51,787 bases of DNA from Microbacteriaceae bacterium (GTDB lineage Bacteria; Actinomycetota; Actinomycetes; Actinomycetales; Microbacteriaceae). A program made the translations under genes and the position numbers. Location: contig JBARYA010000186.1 in the NCBI GenBank assembly GCA_049647625.1, positions 1-51,787 on the forward strand. The letters run 5' to 3'. Positions 33,130 to 43,775 of this stretch are shown here, one piece after another. The notes under the pieces were generated by a model that saw only the letters and a program-made list of their open reading frames with translations, did no database searches and was not told the origin of the DNA. Numbering within the stretch: position 1 is the stretch's first letter; each line of letters starts with the position of its first letter.

Positions 33130-34551
33130 GTGACTCAAGATATTGCCTTCGCCCCTGAATTCCCTACAGCACTTCAGCGGGTGCATTTTATTGGCATCGG
33201 TGGCGGCGGGATGAGCGGCATCGCTTCTTTGATGATTGCTGCGGGTATCGAAGTATCCGGTTCAGATTTGCGCGACTCTGCGGCCACGCAGGCATTACAG
33301 GGTCTTGGGGCTACCGTCTTTGAGGGCCACAGGGCAGAAAATCTTGGAGCAGTGGATGCCGTTGTCGTCACGAGTGCTATGCCGAGTGACAATCCGGAAT
33401 ATCTTGCCGCTCGTGAACAGAACCTTCCTATTCTGCACCGTTCGCAGGCCCTCGCTTGGCTGGCAAATAGGCAACGATTGATTTCGATCGCTGGAGCTCA
33501 CGGGAAGAGCACCTCAACTGGTATGATGGTTACGGCTCTTGAGGCGCTGGGGCGTTATCCAAGCTATGTCTCCGGCGCGATCTTGATGGATAGAGGCAAT
33601 AGTGCCGGTGTCGGTGATGACGAACTCTTTGTCGTTGAGGCCGATGAGTCTGATGGCAGCTTTTTGCGTTACGAAACCGACATCGCTCTCATCACAAATG
33701 TTGATGCTGATCATCTTGACTATTTTGGCAGCCAAGAAAACTTTGAAAGCGCCTTCGTTGAATTCGCTGAAAAAGCAAATGAACTCATCGTTATTTCTTC
33801 TGATGATCCGGGTGCCGTTCGGGTCACCGAAAAGTTAGATCCAAGTGCACACCGTATTCGCACCTTCGGCTTTGCAGCTGGTGCCGATTATCGAATTGTC
33901 GGTTTTGAAAATGGACTCCAAGCGCAGTTCACCTTGCGTGTGCAAGACACCGACTATCAGGGAACCATCTCGATGCCTGGTCGACACAATGTTCTCAATG
34001 CTATCGGCATTGTTGCCATCCTGGTCGAGCTTGGATTCGCACCGGATGATGCAATTTCGGCAGTGTCTGGCTATGGAGGCACCCAGCATCGCTTTGAGCT
34101 GAAGGGTGAAGTTGCAAATATCCGGGTTGTTGACGATTACGCTCACCATCCAACAGAGGTAACGGCAACATTGGCGATGGTACGGGAGATAGCCGGCGAC
34201 GCTCGGGTTATAGCGATCTACCAACCGAAGCGGTACACCCGCACCCAGATACTAGCCGGAGAGTTCGCTGCCGCCTATGAGAATGGTGCGGATATGACGG
34301 TCATTCTTGATATTTATCCGGCCATGGAACCGGTGATTCCGGGTATCTCAGGTCAGACGGTTCTGGATCGGTTCGAGGATCCGAGTCGTGCAGTCTTCCT
34401 TGCGGACTGGGACGAGGCTTCCAACTTTGTTGCAAAACTTGCAGAACCGGGCGATTGGATTATTTCCTTCTCGAGCGGGGATAAGACGATGATTATCCCT
34501 CAGGTGCTTGATGCATTGAAGCTGCAGCACGGTGTGGCCGCAGCAAAGTAA
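33130..34551 (+). CDS. murC: UDP-N-acetylmuramate--L-alanine (or glycine/serine) ligase
   Basis: GIGGGGMSGIA motif and P-loop GAHGKSTSTG, with all three domains present. The start codon is GTG. Confidence 0.92.
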   Translation: MTQDIAFAPEFPTALQRVHFIGIGGGGMSGIASLMIAAGIEVSGSDLRDSAATQALQGLGATVFEGHRAENLGAVDAVVVTSAMPSDNPEYLAAREQNLPILHRSQALAWLANRQRLISIAGAHGKSTSTGMMVTALEALGRYPSYVSGAILMDRGNSAGVGDDELFVVEADESDGSFLRYETDIALITNVDADHLDYFGSQENFESAFVEFAEKANELIVISSDDPGAVRVTEKLDPSAHRIRTFGFAAGADYRIVGFENGLQAQFTLRVQDTDYQGTISMPGRHNVLNAIGIVAILVELGFAPDDAISAVSGYGGTQHRFELKGEVANIRVVDDYAHHPTEVTATLAMVREIAGDARVIAIYQPKRYTRTQILAGEFAAAYENGADMTVILDIYPAMEPVIPGISGQTVLDRFEDPSRAVFLADWDEASNFVAKLAEPGDWIISFSSGDKTMIIPQVLDALKLQHGVAAAK

Positions 34552-35450
34552 TGAAAAGACCAAGCGGATTTGATCCGACTCCGGAGAAAGCGCCAAAGAA
34601 AAAGTCCGCACTCATCACTCCGCTTCGCTCCAAACAGAAGCTAGAAGATGAGAGCACGAATAGCTCTATTCCCAGGCCAGCTATTCCAAACGAGCCTCTC
34701 AAAGAGCAGCGCATCTTGGAGAAGGAACGTCGTCGAGTCGAAAAATCAGAATATCGTAAATTCACTCGTGACCGGCAACGGCGCCGAAGGAACTTTTTTG
34801 TTGTCGTTTCGGTCGTACTTGTTTTTGTGATTGCACTCTCGATTGCGGTTTTCTCGCCGCTTTTTGCCATCCGAAAAATAGAGATCATCGGTACTGAACG
34901 AATCGATAGCGCAGATATAGACGCGGCCTTGGCTAGTGAGTACGGCCTCCCTCTGCCGCTCTTGAATCAGAGTGAGGTTTCAGAGAAACTGGCGCAGTTT
35001 ACCCTGATCGAGAGTTACGCCATTGAAAGTCACCTTCCGGATACCCTGGTGCTTCGCATTGTTGAACGGACGCCGCTGCTCATCCAGCAGACTGCCGAGG
35101 GATTCGTGCTTTTTGATGCAGCCGGTGTGGTGATGGCGGTTTCTCCTGAACGCCAAAGTGGTTTCCCGCTTTTGCAAGCTGATGCTATTGGTGCAGAGGC
35201 CAGTGGTTTTATGCCGGCTGTTTCGGTTCTTCGGGCTTTACCGCCGAGTCTTCTGGCAGAGGTGGACAGCATTGTTGCCACAACAAAAGATGATGTGAGC
35301 TTCTGGTTGAATGACTCTGAAAAGCAGGTAATTTGGGGGGATTCTAGTCAGACAAGCCTCAAGGTTACCCTTCTTGCGCAATTGTTGAAAAACATCCCAC
35401 AGGGCAAGGTCTACGACGTTTCTTCCACGACTTCACCCTCGGTTCGGTAG
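34551..35450 (+). CDS. ftsQ: Cell division protein FtsQ
   Basis: Basic N-terminal tail, a single TM segment and a POTRA domain (IRKIEIIGTERIDSADIDAAL). The start overlaps the murC stop in a TAATG. Confidence 0.88.
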   Translation: MKRPSGFDPTPEKAPKKKSALITPLRSKQKLEDESTNSSIPRPAIPNEPLKEQRILEKERRRVEKSEYRKFTRDRQRRRRNFFVVVSVVLVFVIALSIAVFSPLFAIRKIEIIGTERIDSADIDAALASEYGLPLPLLNQSEVSEKLAQFTLIESYAIESHLPDTLVLRIVERTPLLIQQTAEGFVLFDAAGVVMAVSPERQSGFPLLQADAIGAEASGFMPAVSVLRALPPSLLAEVDSIVATTKDDVSFWLNDSEKQVIWGDSSQTSLKVTLLAQLLKNIPQGKVYDVSSTTSPSVR

Positions 35451-35651
35451 TTCCCTCGAAGCGTAGCTCACACCCGGGTGCGCAGAGTTTCAGCTAATGG
35501 TTGAACCTTCTTTGGTGCCAACATGCAACACGCCCAGTACCACTGGCTGGTTTCGTTTCTTCAGCGACGTAATCTTTCAGGTAAATAGATACCGAGTACA
35601 ACATTACACTTCAACATGAAGTTTAAGGTTTCTGAACAAGGGATAGGCACA

Positions 35652-36830
35652 GTGTCAAAACAAAATTACCTCGCTGTTATCAAGGTCGTTGGTATCGGTG
35701 GTGGCGGCGTTAACGCCGTAAACCGCATGATCGATATGGGCCTCAAGGGCGTCGAATTTATTGCGATTAATACTGATGCTCAGGCGCTGCTACTCAGTGA
35801 CGCCGATGTAAAACTCGATGTGGGACGAACCCTCACTCGCGGGCTTGGCGCTGGCGCTGACCCAGAGGTTGGTCGACGCGCTGCAGAAGATCATGCCGAT
35901 GAAATTGAAGAAGTAATCAAGGGTGCCGATATGGTGTTCGTTACCGCGGGTGAAGGCGGCGGCACCGGTACCGGTGGAGCCCCGGTCGTTGCAAGAATTG
36001 CAAAATCACTTGGCGCATTGACCATCGGTGTAGTCACCAAACCTTTTGGTTTTGAAGGCAAGCGTCGGATGGATCAGGCCGATGCCGGCATTGAACGACT
36101 CAAAGAAGAAGTCGATACCCTTATTGTGGTCCCGAACGATCGCCTGCTCGATATTAGCGACCAGGGCATCAGCGTGACCGATGCATTTGCTACCGCAGAC
36201 CAGGTACTCCTGGCCGGTGTTCAGGGCATTACCGATTTGATCACCACACCAGGTTTGATCAACCTCGACTTTGCCGATGTGAAGTCAGTTATGCAGGGTG
36301 CCGGATCGGCACTGATGGGTATTGGCTCCGCACGGGGCACAGATCGCGCGCTCAAGGCCGCGGAACTTGCTGTAGCCTCTCCATTGCTTGAAGCTTCAAT
36401 CGATGGCGCACACGGCGTACTCCTTTCGATTCAGGGAAGCTCAAATCTGGGCATTTTCGAAATCAACGATGCAGCCAGCCTGATCCGCGAAACCGTACAC
36501 CCAGAAGCAAACATTATCTTCGGTGCAGTAATCGACGATACTCTCGGCGACGAAGTTCGGATCACCGTTATTGCGGCAGGTTTCGACGAGGGGAAATTAC
36601 ACGCGGTGAAAACCGAAAGCCCACGCCGGAGCAATTTCGTCGAGGGTAACCAGACTGGAGAGGCACCGAGCATTCACACCACCGGTGAGCAGGAAAGCTA
36701 TACTGCTGCATCCAATTTTGAAAATGATGAAGAAGCAACCCCGCTGCTTATTTCTCAGACCGCGAATGTACACCCTGAGTATGGTGAAGATCTTCTGGGT
36801 GACCTCGATGTTCCAGATTTCCTCAAGTAG
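35652..36830 (+). CDS. ftsZ: Cell division GTPase FtsZ
   Basis: [22 protein letters not shown], the tubulin signature [10 protein letters not shown], and the C-terminal peptide DLDVPDFLK. The GTG at 35652 has an AAGGGA 8 nt upstream and gives a typical N-terminal length. The track ATG at 35616 has no SD and would add 12 aa. Confidence 0.93.
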   Translation: MSKQNYLAVIKVVGIGGGGVNAVNRMIDMGLKGVEFIAINTDAQALLLSDADVKLDVGRTLTRGLGAGADPEVGRRAAEDHADEIEEVIKGADMVFVTAGEGGGTGTGGAPVVARIAKSLGALTIGVVTKPFGFEGKRRMDQADAGIERLKEEVDTLIVVPNDRLLDISDQGISVTDAFATADQVLLAGVQGITDLITTPGLINLDFADVKSVMQGAGSALMGIGSARGTDRALKAAELAVASPLLEASIDGAHGVLLSIQGSSNLGIFEINDAASLIRETVHPEANIIFGAVIDDTLGDEVRITVIAAGFDEGKLHAVKTESPRRSNFVEGNQTGEAPSIHTTGEQESYTAASNFENDEEATPLLISQTANVHPEYGEDLLGDLDVPDFLK

Positions 36831-36911
36831 TTCGACACGCCAAAGGAAAGTCAGCCGAAAAGGGCAAAGTGCGGTTAATCTTGCTCTAAGTTCATAATTA
36901 TCGGAGGAACA

Positions 36912-37364
36912 ATGTCTAATCCATTTCGCAACGCGATGGCGTATCTCGGTCTCGTCGAAGAGGGAGCAGAGTATGAGTCAGCACCGGTTGCCCCGATTCA
37001 GCAGAGCGCGCCTCAGCAATCGAATCGTGCCCAGGTGACTCCGATCCGTCGTGCCCAGAATCGGGTAGCGGTACAGAGTGAAATGAATGAAATTCTGACC
37101 GTTCATCCAAAGCAGTACAGCGATGCTCGTGTTGTAGCTGAGAACTTCCGTGAGGGAATTCCAGTCATCATCAATCTTTCTCAGATGGGCGAAGCAGATG
37201 CTCGTCGACTCATTGATTTTGCCAGTGGCCTTTCACAGGGTCTCTATGGCAAAATTGAGCGCGTAACTTCAAAAGTCTTTTTGCTCTCACCGGCCCATAT
37301 CGCGGTTTCTGGTGATAGCAACGAAGAGGTGCTGGACGATGCAGCCTTCTTTGACCAACACTAA
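36912..37364 (+). CDS. sepF: Cell division protein SepF
   Basis: An N-terminal amphipathic [14 protein letters not shown] and a C-terminal SepF domain ([21 protein letters not shown]...[10 protein letters not shown]). A GGAGGA SD is present. Confidence 0.92.
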   Translation: MSNPFRNAMAYLGLVEEGAEYESAPVAPIQQSAPQQSNRAQVTPIRRAQNRVAVQSEMNEILTVHPKQYSDARVVAENFREGIPVIINLSQMGEADARRLIDFASGLSQGLYGKIERVTSKVFLLSPAHIAVSGDSNEEVLDDAAFFDQH

Positions 37365-37380
37365 GGTCTAAATACCACCC

Positions 37381-37689
37381 TTGATTATTATTGAGTCCAT
37401 AGCGGGAATCCTTTCTTTTCTGCTCCTGCTATTTCAAATATTGCTTTGGGTATATTTCGGTATTTCTCTTTTCATGACGATTCGCCGTGATTGGCGACCT
37501 CGTGGAGCTGTGCTGTTTATTGTTGATTTGAGTTTCCGTATTGTCGAGCCACCCCTCAAGCTGGTTCGGAAATTTGTTCCCTCACTCGATCTCGGTGGAT
37601 TCAGGCTCGATCTTGCTTGGATGATTTTGTTATTCGCCACGATTATTTTGCGGGGCATGGTGGGTGCATTACCGGCATTTTTCAGTTGA
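37381..37689 (+). CDS. YggT family membrane protein
   Basis: A small two-TM protein in the conserved position between sepF and divIVA. The start codon is TTG. Confidence 0.8.
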   Translation: MIIIESIAGILSFLLLLFQILLWVYFGISLFMTIRRDWRPRGAVLFIVDLSFRIVEPPLKLVRKFVPSLDLGGFRLDLAWMILLFATIILRGMVGALPAFFS

Positions 37690-37836
37690 CCGCGAGCGAT
37701 ATTGGGGTGAAAACTGTGAATGATTTCATCGCTTCAAAGGTGTTTTCGGTAAACGTCAGGTAATGTAACTTAGAGAGTGTATCTCGAGTAGTGTTTCAAC
37801 GAAGCACGCTAAGACGTAAAGATTAAGGATTGTGAA

Positions 37837-38478
37837 ATGGCTCTTTCCCCGGAAGATGTATTCAACAAAAAGTTCACATCGACCAGGCTTCGTGAAGGTT
37901 ACGACCAGGACGAGGTAGATGATTTCCTTGATGAAATTGTTGTTGAATTCCGTTCTCTGAACCAGCAAGAAGAAGAACTGCGCCAGCGTCTGGTTGCCAG
38001 CGATTCACGGATCAACGAGCTTCAGCGTCAAAATGGCCAGGTCATTGCCGAGCAGCTTCAAGAGCACATTTCAGAAACCGGGCAACAGAGTGGCTTGCCT
38101 TTCCCATCACAAACAGTTGATGCCAGCATTCTTGAACCAAGCAATACTTCAAATCTTTTGCAGCTTGCCCGTCGCCTCCATGAAGAGCATGTCCAAGAAG
38201 GCATTCAGAAGCGTGATGCCCTCATTGCTGAAGGACACGCTACTGCGGCCCGTCTCGTATCTGAGGCAGAGGCTGAGCACAAGGCAGGCCTTCGTGAACT
38301 TGAGCAGGAACAAGCACTGGTTCAGAACCGCATTGATGAGCTGAAGAGCTTTGAGCGCGAATACCGGAATAAGCTTCGTGGATTCATTAAGGGTCAGCTC
38401 GATGAGCTTTCTCAGGGCGGCGCTGATGAGGCTCCAGATGCTGGAGTTGCACCACAGGCCGCTGTACAGGCCAACTAG
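37837..38478 (+). CDS. divIVA: DivIVA/Wag31 polar growth and division scaffold
   Basis: N-terminal LSPEDVFNKKFTSTRLREGYDQDEVDDFLDEIV, followed by coiled coil. Confidence 0.93.
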   Translation: MALSPEDVFNKKFTSTRLREGYDQDEVDDFLDEIVVEFRSLNQQEEELRQRLVASDSRINELQRQNGQVIAEQLQEHISETGQQSGLPFPSQTVDASILEPSNTSNLLQLARRLHEEHVQEGIQKRDALIAEGHATAARLVSEAEAEHKAGLRELEQEQALVQNRIDELKSFEREYRNKLRGFIKGQLDELSQGGADEAPDAGVAPQAAVQAN

Positions 38479-39113
38479 TGCCTTCTGAGGTTCATAACCG
38501 TTCTCGACCTAAATGGTCATATATCGTCCTGATTGTGGTCATTGCCGGAGCTGTGCTTGGCATCGATCAACTCTCAAAGTTGGCGATTGAAAGCCAGATG
38601 AAGATTCACGAGACCTGGGAGATCATTCCGGGGCTCTTCAATTTCTTCTATGTTTTGAACCCGGGCGCAGCATTTTCCATCGGTTCCGGCGCTACGTGGA
38701 TTTTCACCATCATTATTTCTGTGGTGATAGTTGCCATCATTTGGTTTGCACCGCGTATCCGATCAATTCCTTGGGCATTGATGTTAGCTTTCCTGCTGGG
38801 TGGAACCATGGGAAACCTTTACGATCGCCTCTTTCGTGAGCCAGGCTTTGCCATTGGTCATGTGGTCGATTTCTTGCAAATCACTTTTTTCCCAGCAATC
38901 TTCAACGTTGCCGATGTATTCATCGTCAGCAGCATGTGTCTATTTGTCTTGTTGACCATCCTCGGTCTGAATATTGATGGAAGTCGCCACAAACGACCTT
39001 CGGCAAATTCGGAGCTTGATGGGGAAGAGACCGTCGAAGAAACTCTTGCCGAGACGGTCGAAGCGACTTCCGAAGATTCTAGCGGAGCTGAGCTCAGCCA
39101 AGAACAGGCATAA
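38478..39113 (+). CDS. lspA: Lipoprotein signal peptidase II
   Basis: NPGAAFS, VVDFL and FNVADVFI motifs with four TM segments. An acidic C-terminal tail is present. Confidence 0.9.
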   Translation: MPSEVHNRSRPKWSYIVLIVVIAGAVLGIDQLSKLAIESQMKIHETWEIIPGLFNFFYVLNPGAAFSIGSGATWIFTIIISVVIVAIIWFAPRIRSIPWALMLAFLLGGTMGNLYDRLFREPGFAIGHVVDFLQITFFPAIFNVADVFIVSSMCLFVLLTILGLNIDGSRHKRPSANSELDGEETVEETLAETVEATSEDSSGAELSQEQA

Positions 39114-39115
39114 TC

Positions 39116-40042
39116 GTGCCTATTCGTGAACTCCCCATACCGGATGGTCTTGAAGGGGAACGGGCCGATTCAGCTATTGCCCGACTCCTTGGTCTCTCCA
39201 GAAATCAGATTGCCCAAATTATTGAACAGGGCGGGGCAGAACAGAACGGCACTGTCCTCGTGAAATCTGATCGACTGCAGGCAAATTCTTGGCTGCGGGT
39301 TGAATGGGAAGAAGCCAAGCCGCTTGAAATTGTCGCTGAAGATATTAAAGATCTGAAAATTATTTTTCAGGATGAGCACCTGGTTGTGGTTGACAAACCG
39401 GTCGGCGTCGCAGCACATCCTGCACCCAGTTGGAAAGGGCCAACCGTTCTCGGTGGCCTCCAAGCCTTGGGGGTTCGGGTGACAACCTCTGGGGCGCAGG
39501 AGCGGCAGGGGATTGTGCAGCGGCTTGATGTCGGAACCAGCGGCATTATGGTTGTCGCCAAGTCTGAGCAGGGCTATAGCGTGCTCAAGCGCATGTTCCA
39601 TGATCGCGAAGTAAAAAAGATTTATCACGCCCTCGTTCAGGGTCGCCCTGATCCGCTTCGCGGAACCATCGAAGCGCCGATAGGGCGTCACACCAAGCAC
39701 GATTGGAAATTTGCTGTCCGTCCCGATGGGAAACGCTCAATAACCCACTACGAGACTATTGAGGCGTTTCCTTACGCATCGTTGCTGGAGATCGAACTTG
39801 AAACGGGTCGTACACATCAAATTCGTGTGCATATGGCGGCCCTCAATCATCCCTGTGTTGGCGATCCTCTGTATGGAGCCGATCCAAAGTTGGGGGAGAA
39901 GCTTGGCCTCACCCGGCAGTGGTTGCATGCCTGTGCGCTCTTTTTTGATCATCCGATTTCCGGAGAACCGATGGAGTTTCATTCCGAGTATCCGGCTGAT
40001 CTAGCGGAGGCTTTAGATCGTCTGCGAGAATTTTCGCTTTAG
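39116..40042 (+). CDS. rluD: RluA-family 23S rRNA pseudouridine synthase (RluD-like)
   Basis: An S4 domain, then the catalytic HRLDVGTSG block and a GRTHQIRVH block. Confidence 0.88.
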   Translation: MPIRELPIPDGLEGERADSAIARLLGLSRNQIAQIIEQGGAEQNGTVLVKSDRLQANSWLRVEWEEAKPLEIVAEDIKDLKIIFQDEHLVVVDKPVGVAAHPAPSWKGPTVLGGLQALGVRVTTSGAQERQGIVQRLDVGTSGIMVVAKSEQGYSVLKRMFHDREVKKIYHALVQGRPDPLRGTIEAPIGRHTKHDWKFAVRPDGKRSITHYETIEAFPYASLLEIELETGRTHQIRVHMAALNHPCVGDPLYGADPKLGEKLGLTRQWLHACALFFDHPISGEPMEFHSEYPADLAEALDRLREFSL

Positions 40043-40121
40043 CTTTTCCGCACCGTACACTAAGAGGCACGGATAGAGACCAGAACCCAGAAATAGATGC
40101 AGCAGAAATCGGTGATAGTAG

Positions 40122-43100
40122 TTGAGTAAAGATTCTTTCGTCCACTTACATGTGCACAGCGAATACTCAATGCTTGATGGTGCTGCCCGGGTAAAACCGT
40201 TGATTAATGCGGCCATTGAGCAGGGGATGCCGGCCATCGCGATCACCGATCATGGCAATATGTTTGGCGCCTATGATTTTTGGAAGACGGCGACCGAGGC
40301 TGGAATCAAGCCAATTATCGGCACTGAAGCCTATATCACTCCGGGCACAAAGCGCGGAGAACGCGTTCGCGTGCGCTGGGGTGATGGCGGCGAAGACGAT
40401 GTTTCCGGCGCCGGTGCATACACGCATATGACAATGCTTTCGGAAACAACCGAGGGCATGCACAATCTCTTTCGGCTGAGCTCCTTGGCTTCTATCGAGG
40501 GCTATTATTACAAGCCACGGATGGACGAGGAGTTACTGAGTCGCTACTCCAAAGGGATTATCGCCACCACCGGTTGTGCCAGTAGTGAGATCCAAACCAG
40601 ACTCCGCCTCGGGCAGTACGAGGAAGCCATTGCTGCAGCCGCGAAGTATCGCGATATCTTTGGCAAGGACAATTACTACGTTGAAATTATGGACCACGGT
40701 CTGGAAATCCAACGGCGGGTGATGTCTGAGCTGCTCAACATTGCCAAAGACCTTGGTCTTCAAACGGTAGCTACGAACGATTTGCACTATACCCACGCCG
40801 AGGATGCTCATGCGCATGAAGCTTTGCTCTGTGTGCAATCGGGCAGCACACTGAACGACCCGAAACGATTCAAGCTTGATTCGCACGAGTTTTATTTGAA
40901 AACTCCGGCACAGATGCGTCACCTATTCCGTGACTATCCGGGAGCCTGTGATAACACGCTGCTGATTGCTGAGCGTTGTGAGATAGGTTTTGAAAAGCGT
41001 GACCTCATGCCTCGCTTCCCAGTTCCTGAAGGGGAGACTGAAGCAAGTTGGTTTGAAAAAGAAGTTTTGAACGGTGTCGCTTCGCACTTCAACGGTCAGG
41101 TACCGGAAGCCCATGCGGCTCAGGCGCGCTACGAAATCGATGTTATTAACCAGATGGGCTTCCCAAGCTACTTCTTGGTGGTTGCTGATTTTATTAATTG
41201 GTCCCGTGAACAGGGCATCCGGGTGGGTCCAGGACGCGGCTCCGCTGCGGGATCTTTGGTTGCTTGGGCACTCGGAATTACCGGTCTGGATCCGCTGAAA
41301 CACGGTCTGATTTTTGAGCGATTCTTGAACCCCGATCGTGTGTCAATGCCCGATATCGATATCGACTTTGACGATCGTCGACGCTCAGAAGTTATCCGCT
41401 ATGTCACCGAAAAATACGGGGATGATCGGGTTGCGCAAATCATTACCTACGGAAATATCAAGGCGAAACAGGCGCTGAAAGATAGCGCCAGAGTGCTTGG
41501 AATGCCTTACTCTGTAGGCGAAAAACTTACCAAAGCAATGCCGCCAGCGGTAATGGGTAAAGAAGTTTCTTTGAGTGACCTGGTTGAAACGAGCAGTAGC
41601 CGCTACAAAGAGGGCAGTGAGTTCCGGGAACTGCTTCAAATCGACGAGGATTCACAGCTCGTTTTTGATACCGCCCGTGGCATTGAGAATTTGAAGCGTC
41701 AATGGGGTGTTCACGCCGCAGGTGTGCTCATGTCTGCCGAGCCATTGCTTGATATTTTGCCGGTGATGAAGCGCGAAGAAGATGGCGCAATCATTACCCA
41801 ATTTGATCAGCCTCCACTCGAAGATCTTGGCCTGCTCAAGATGGACTTTTTGGGTCTTCGGAACCTGACCGTTATTCAGGATGCGCTGAACATGATCAAA
41901 CAGAGCACCGGACAAGACCTGGTGCTCGAAGACCTTGATCTCGATGCCGATGAAAAGACCTACCAGTTGCTCGGCCGCGGTGAAACACTGGGCGTATTCC
42001 AGCTCGATGGTGGCCCGATGCGCAGCCTGCTGCGTCAGCTGAAACCAACCCATTTCGAAGATATTTCTGCGGTTATCGCACTCTATCGCCCCGGTCCGAT
42101 GGGTATGAACTCGCACACAAACTATGCGCTACGCAAGAACGGTTTACAAGAAAGCGAGGGCATTCATCCGGAACTTGAAGAGCCTCTGCGCGACATTCTT
42201 GGTGGAACCTACGGTCTGATTGTCTATCAGGAACAGGTGATGGCCGCAGCGCAAAAGGTGGCTGGCTTTAGTCTCGGTCAAGCTGATATTTTGCGTCGCG
42301 CAATGGGTAAGAAGAAAAAAGAAGAACTGGACAAACAGTTCGAAAGTTTCGAAGCCGGTATGCAATCGAATGGCTATAGCAATGCTGCTGTAAAGGCGCT
42401 CTGGGACACTTTGCTGCCCTTCGCTGATTATGCCTTCAATAAAGCGCACAGTGCCGCCTACGGGGTATTGAGCTATTGGACGGCCTATCTCAAGGCAAAC
42501 TACCCGGCGGAGTATATGGCCGCATTGCTCACCAGTGTGGGGGATGCGAAAGACAAGCTTGGTATGTACCTCAATGAGTGCCGCCGGATGGGCATTCAAG
42601 TCTTACCTCCCGATGTGAACGTTTCTTCGGGGAACTTCACCGCTGATGGGCAGAATATTCGTTTTGGTCTCGGGGCAGTCCGAAATGTGGGATCACAGGT
42701 TGTTGATGGCATCGAACAGGCCCGCGTTCGTGAGGGTGGTTTCACCTCTTTCCATGATTTCTTGAACAAGGCTCCCTTGCAATCATTGAATAAGCGCACT
42801 ATTGAGTCGCTCATCAAGGCCGGTGCTTTTGACCAGTTCCAGGGTACGCGGCGCGCTATGGCTGAGATTCATGAGGATGCCGTTGATGCAGCTGCATCGA
42901 AGAAGCGAAATGAGGCGGCTGGTCTGGTAGATCTCTTCGACGGGATTTTTGCCCTCGATGAGATGGCAGAGACGGTACCCGATCGTCCAGAATGGGCGAA
43001 AAGTGACAAGTTGAGTTTTGAACGCGAGATGCTTGGACTGTATGTCTCTGACCATCCACTGGCCGGTCTTGAACGAGATTTAGCCAAACATGCCTCAATG

Positions 43101-43628
43101 TCTATCGGTGACTTGCAAGAAGCAGATAGCGGCATTGACGGTCAGGTAATTACCCTTGCCGGATTGATTACGGCGGTTGAACACCGGGTAGCCAGAAATT
43201 CTGGCAACGCTTTTGGTCGTATCACGCTCGAAGATTTTGATGGTGAAATCTCGCTGATGGTCCTGGGGCGGAGCTATACGGAGTTTGGCCCGATCCTGAA
43301 AAACGACGCGATTGTTTCTGTTCGGGCACGGGTGAATCTTCGCGAAGATGAAATCGGCCTTCATGCTCAACAAATTCGTACACTGATGCTCAGTGGCGCC
43401 GGAAATTCGCTGCCACTGACGATCATTATGGCCGAACGTCGAGCTAACTCGGTCACCGTGCAGGATCTCGATTCTGTGCTCAAACGACACAGTGGTCAGG
43501 TCGAAGTGAAATTGCGATTGATCGGCTCCGGTCCGGACCGAAATTTTGAACTTCCTCACCGGGTAGAACTTTCAGCCGGACTCTTTGGCGAGCTGAAGAC
43601 ACTGCTCGGACCAAATTCGATCGAATAA
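40122..43628 (+). CDS. dnaE: DNA polymerase III alpha subunit (DnaE1)
   Basis: The 1168-aa product has a PHP domain (FVHLHVHSEYSMLDGA), a polymerase core and an OB fold. No intein-sized insertion is evident. Confidence 0.96.
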   Translation: MSKDSFVHLHVHSEYSMLDGAARVKPLINAAIEQGMPAIAITDHGNMFGAYDFWKTATEAGIKPIIGTEAYITPGTKRGERVRVRWGDGGEDDVSGAGAYTHMTMLSETTEGMHNLFRLSSLASIEGYYYKPRMDEELLSRYSKGIIATTGCASSEIQTRLRLGQYEEAIAAAAKYRDIFGKDNYYVEIMDHGLEIQRRVMSELLNIAKDLGLQTVATNDLHYTHAEDAHAHEALLCVQSGSTLNDPKRFKLDSHEFYLKTPAQMRHLFRDYPGACDNTLLIAERCEIGFEKRDLMPRFPVPEGETEASWFEKEVLNGVASHFNGQVPEAHAAQARYEIDVINQMGFPSYFLVVADFINWSREQGIRVGPGRGSAAGSLVAWALGITGLDPLKHGLIFERFLNPDRVSMPDIDIDFDDRRRSEVIRYVTEKYGDDRVAQIITYGNIKAKQALKDSARVLGMPYSVGEKLTKAMPPAVMGKEVSLSDLVETSSSRYKEGSEFRELLQIDEDSQLVFDTARGIENLKRQWGVHAAGVLMSAEPLLDILPVMKREEDGAIITQFDQPPLEDLGLLKMDFLGLRNLTVIQDALNMIKQSTGQDLVLEDLDLDADEKTYQLLGRGETLGVFQLDGGPMRSLLRQLKPTHFEDISAVIALYRPGPMGMNSHTNYALRKNGLQESEGIHPELEEPLRDILGGTYGLIVYQEQVMAAAQKVAGFSLGQADILRRAMGKKKKEELDKQFESFEAGMQSNGYSNAAVKALWDTLLPFADYAFNKAHSAAYGVLSYWTAYLKANYPAEYMAALLTSVGDAKDKLGMYLNECRRMGIQVLPPDVNVSSGNFTADGQNIRFGLGAVRNVGSQVVDGIEQARVREGGFTSFHDFLNKAPLQSLNKRTIESLIKAGAFDQFQGTRRAMAEIHEDAVDAAASKKRNEAAGLVDLFDGIFALDEMAETVPDRPEWAKSDKLSFEREMLGLYVSDHPLAGLERDLAKHASMSIGDLQEADSGIDGQVITLAGLITAVEHRVARNSGNAFGRITLEDFDGEISLMVLGRSYTEFGPILKNDAIVSVRARVNLREDEIGLHAQQIRTLMLSGAGNSLPLTIIMAERRANSVTVQDLDSVLKRHSGQVEVKLRLIGSGPDRNFELPHRVELSAGLFGELKTLLGPNSIE

Positions 43629-43775
43629 AGCGTTTCAGACACAAAAAAGAGCACAATTATATTTTTGCTAACAAATGTTATTAAACTGTGTTGGTTTTCA
43701 CATGTATCTCTTCATCATGTTCGGGCAAACTAGAGTGGTACTCCTCAAAGAACTAAAAGGGCACTCACGTAAATC

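Noticed and set aside
36831-36841. The 11-mer TTCGACACGCC is repeated at 5427-5437 and 36831-36841, both just downstream of stop codons.
   Set aside because: Exact 11-mer repeats are expected many times by chance in about 52 kb, and the similarity does not extend further.
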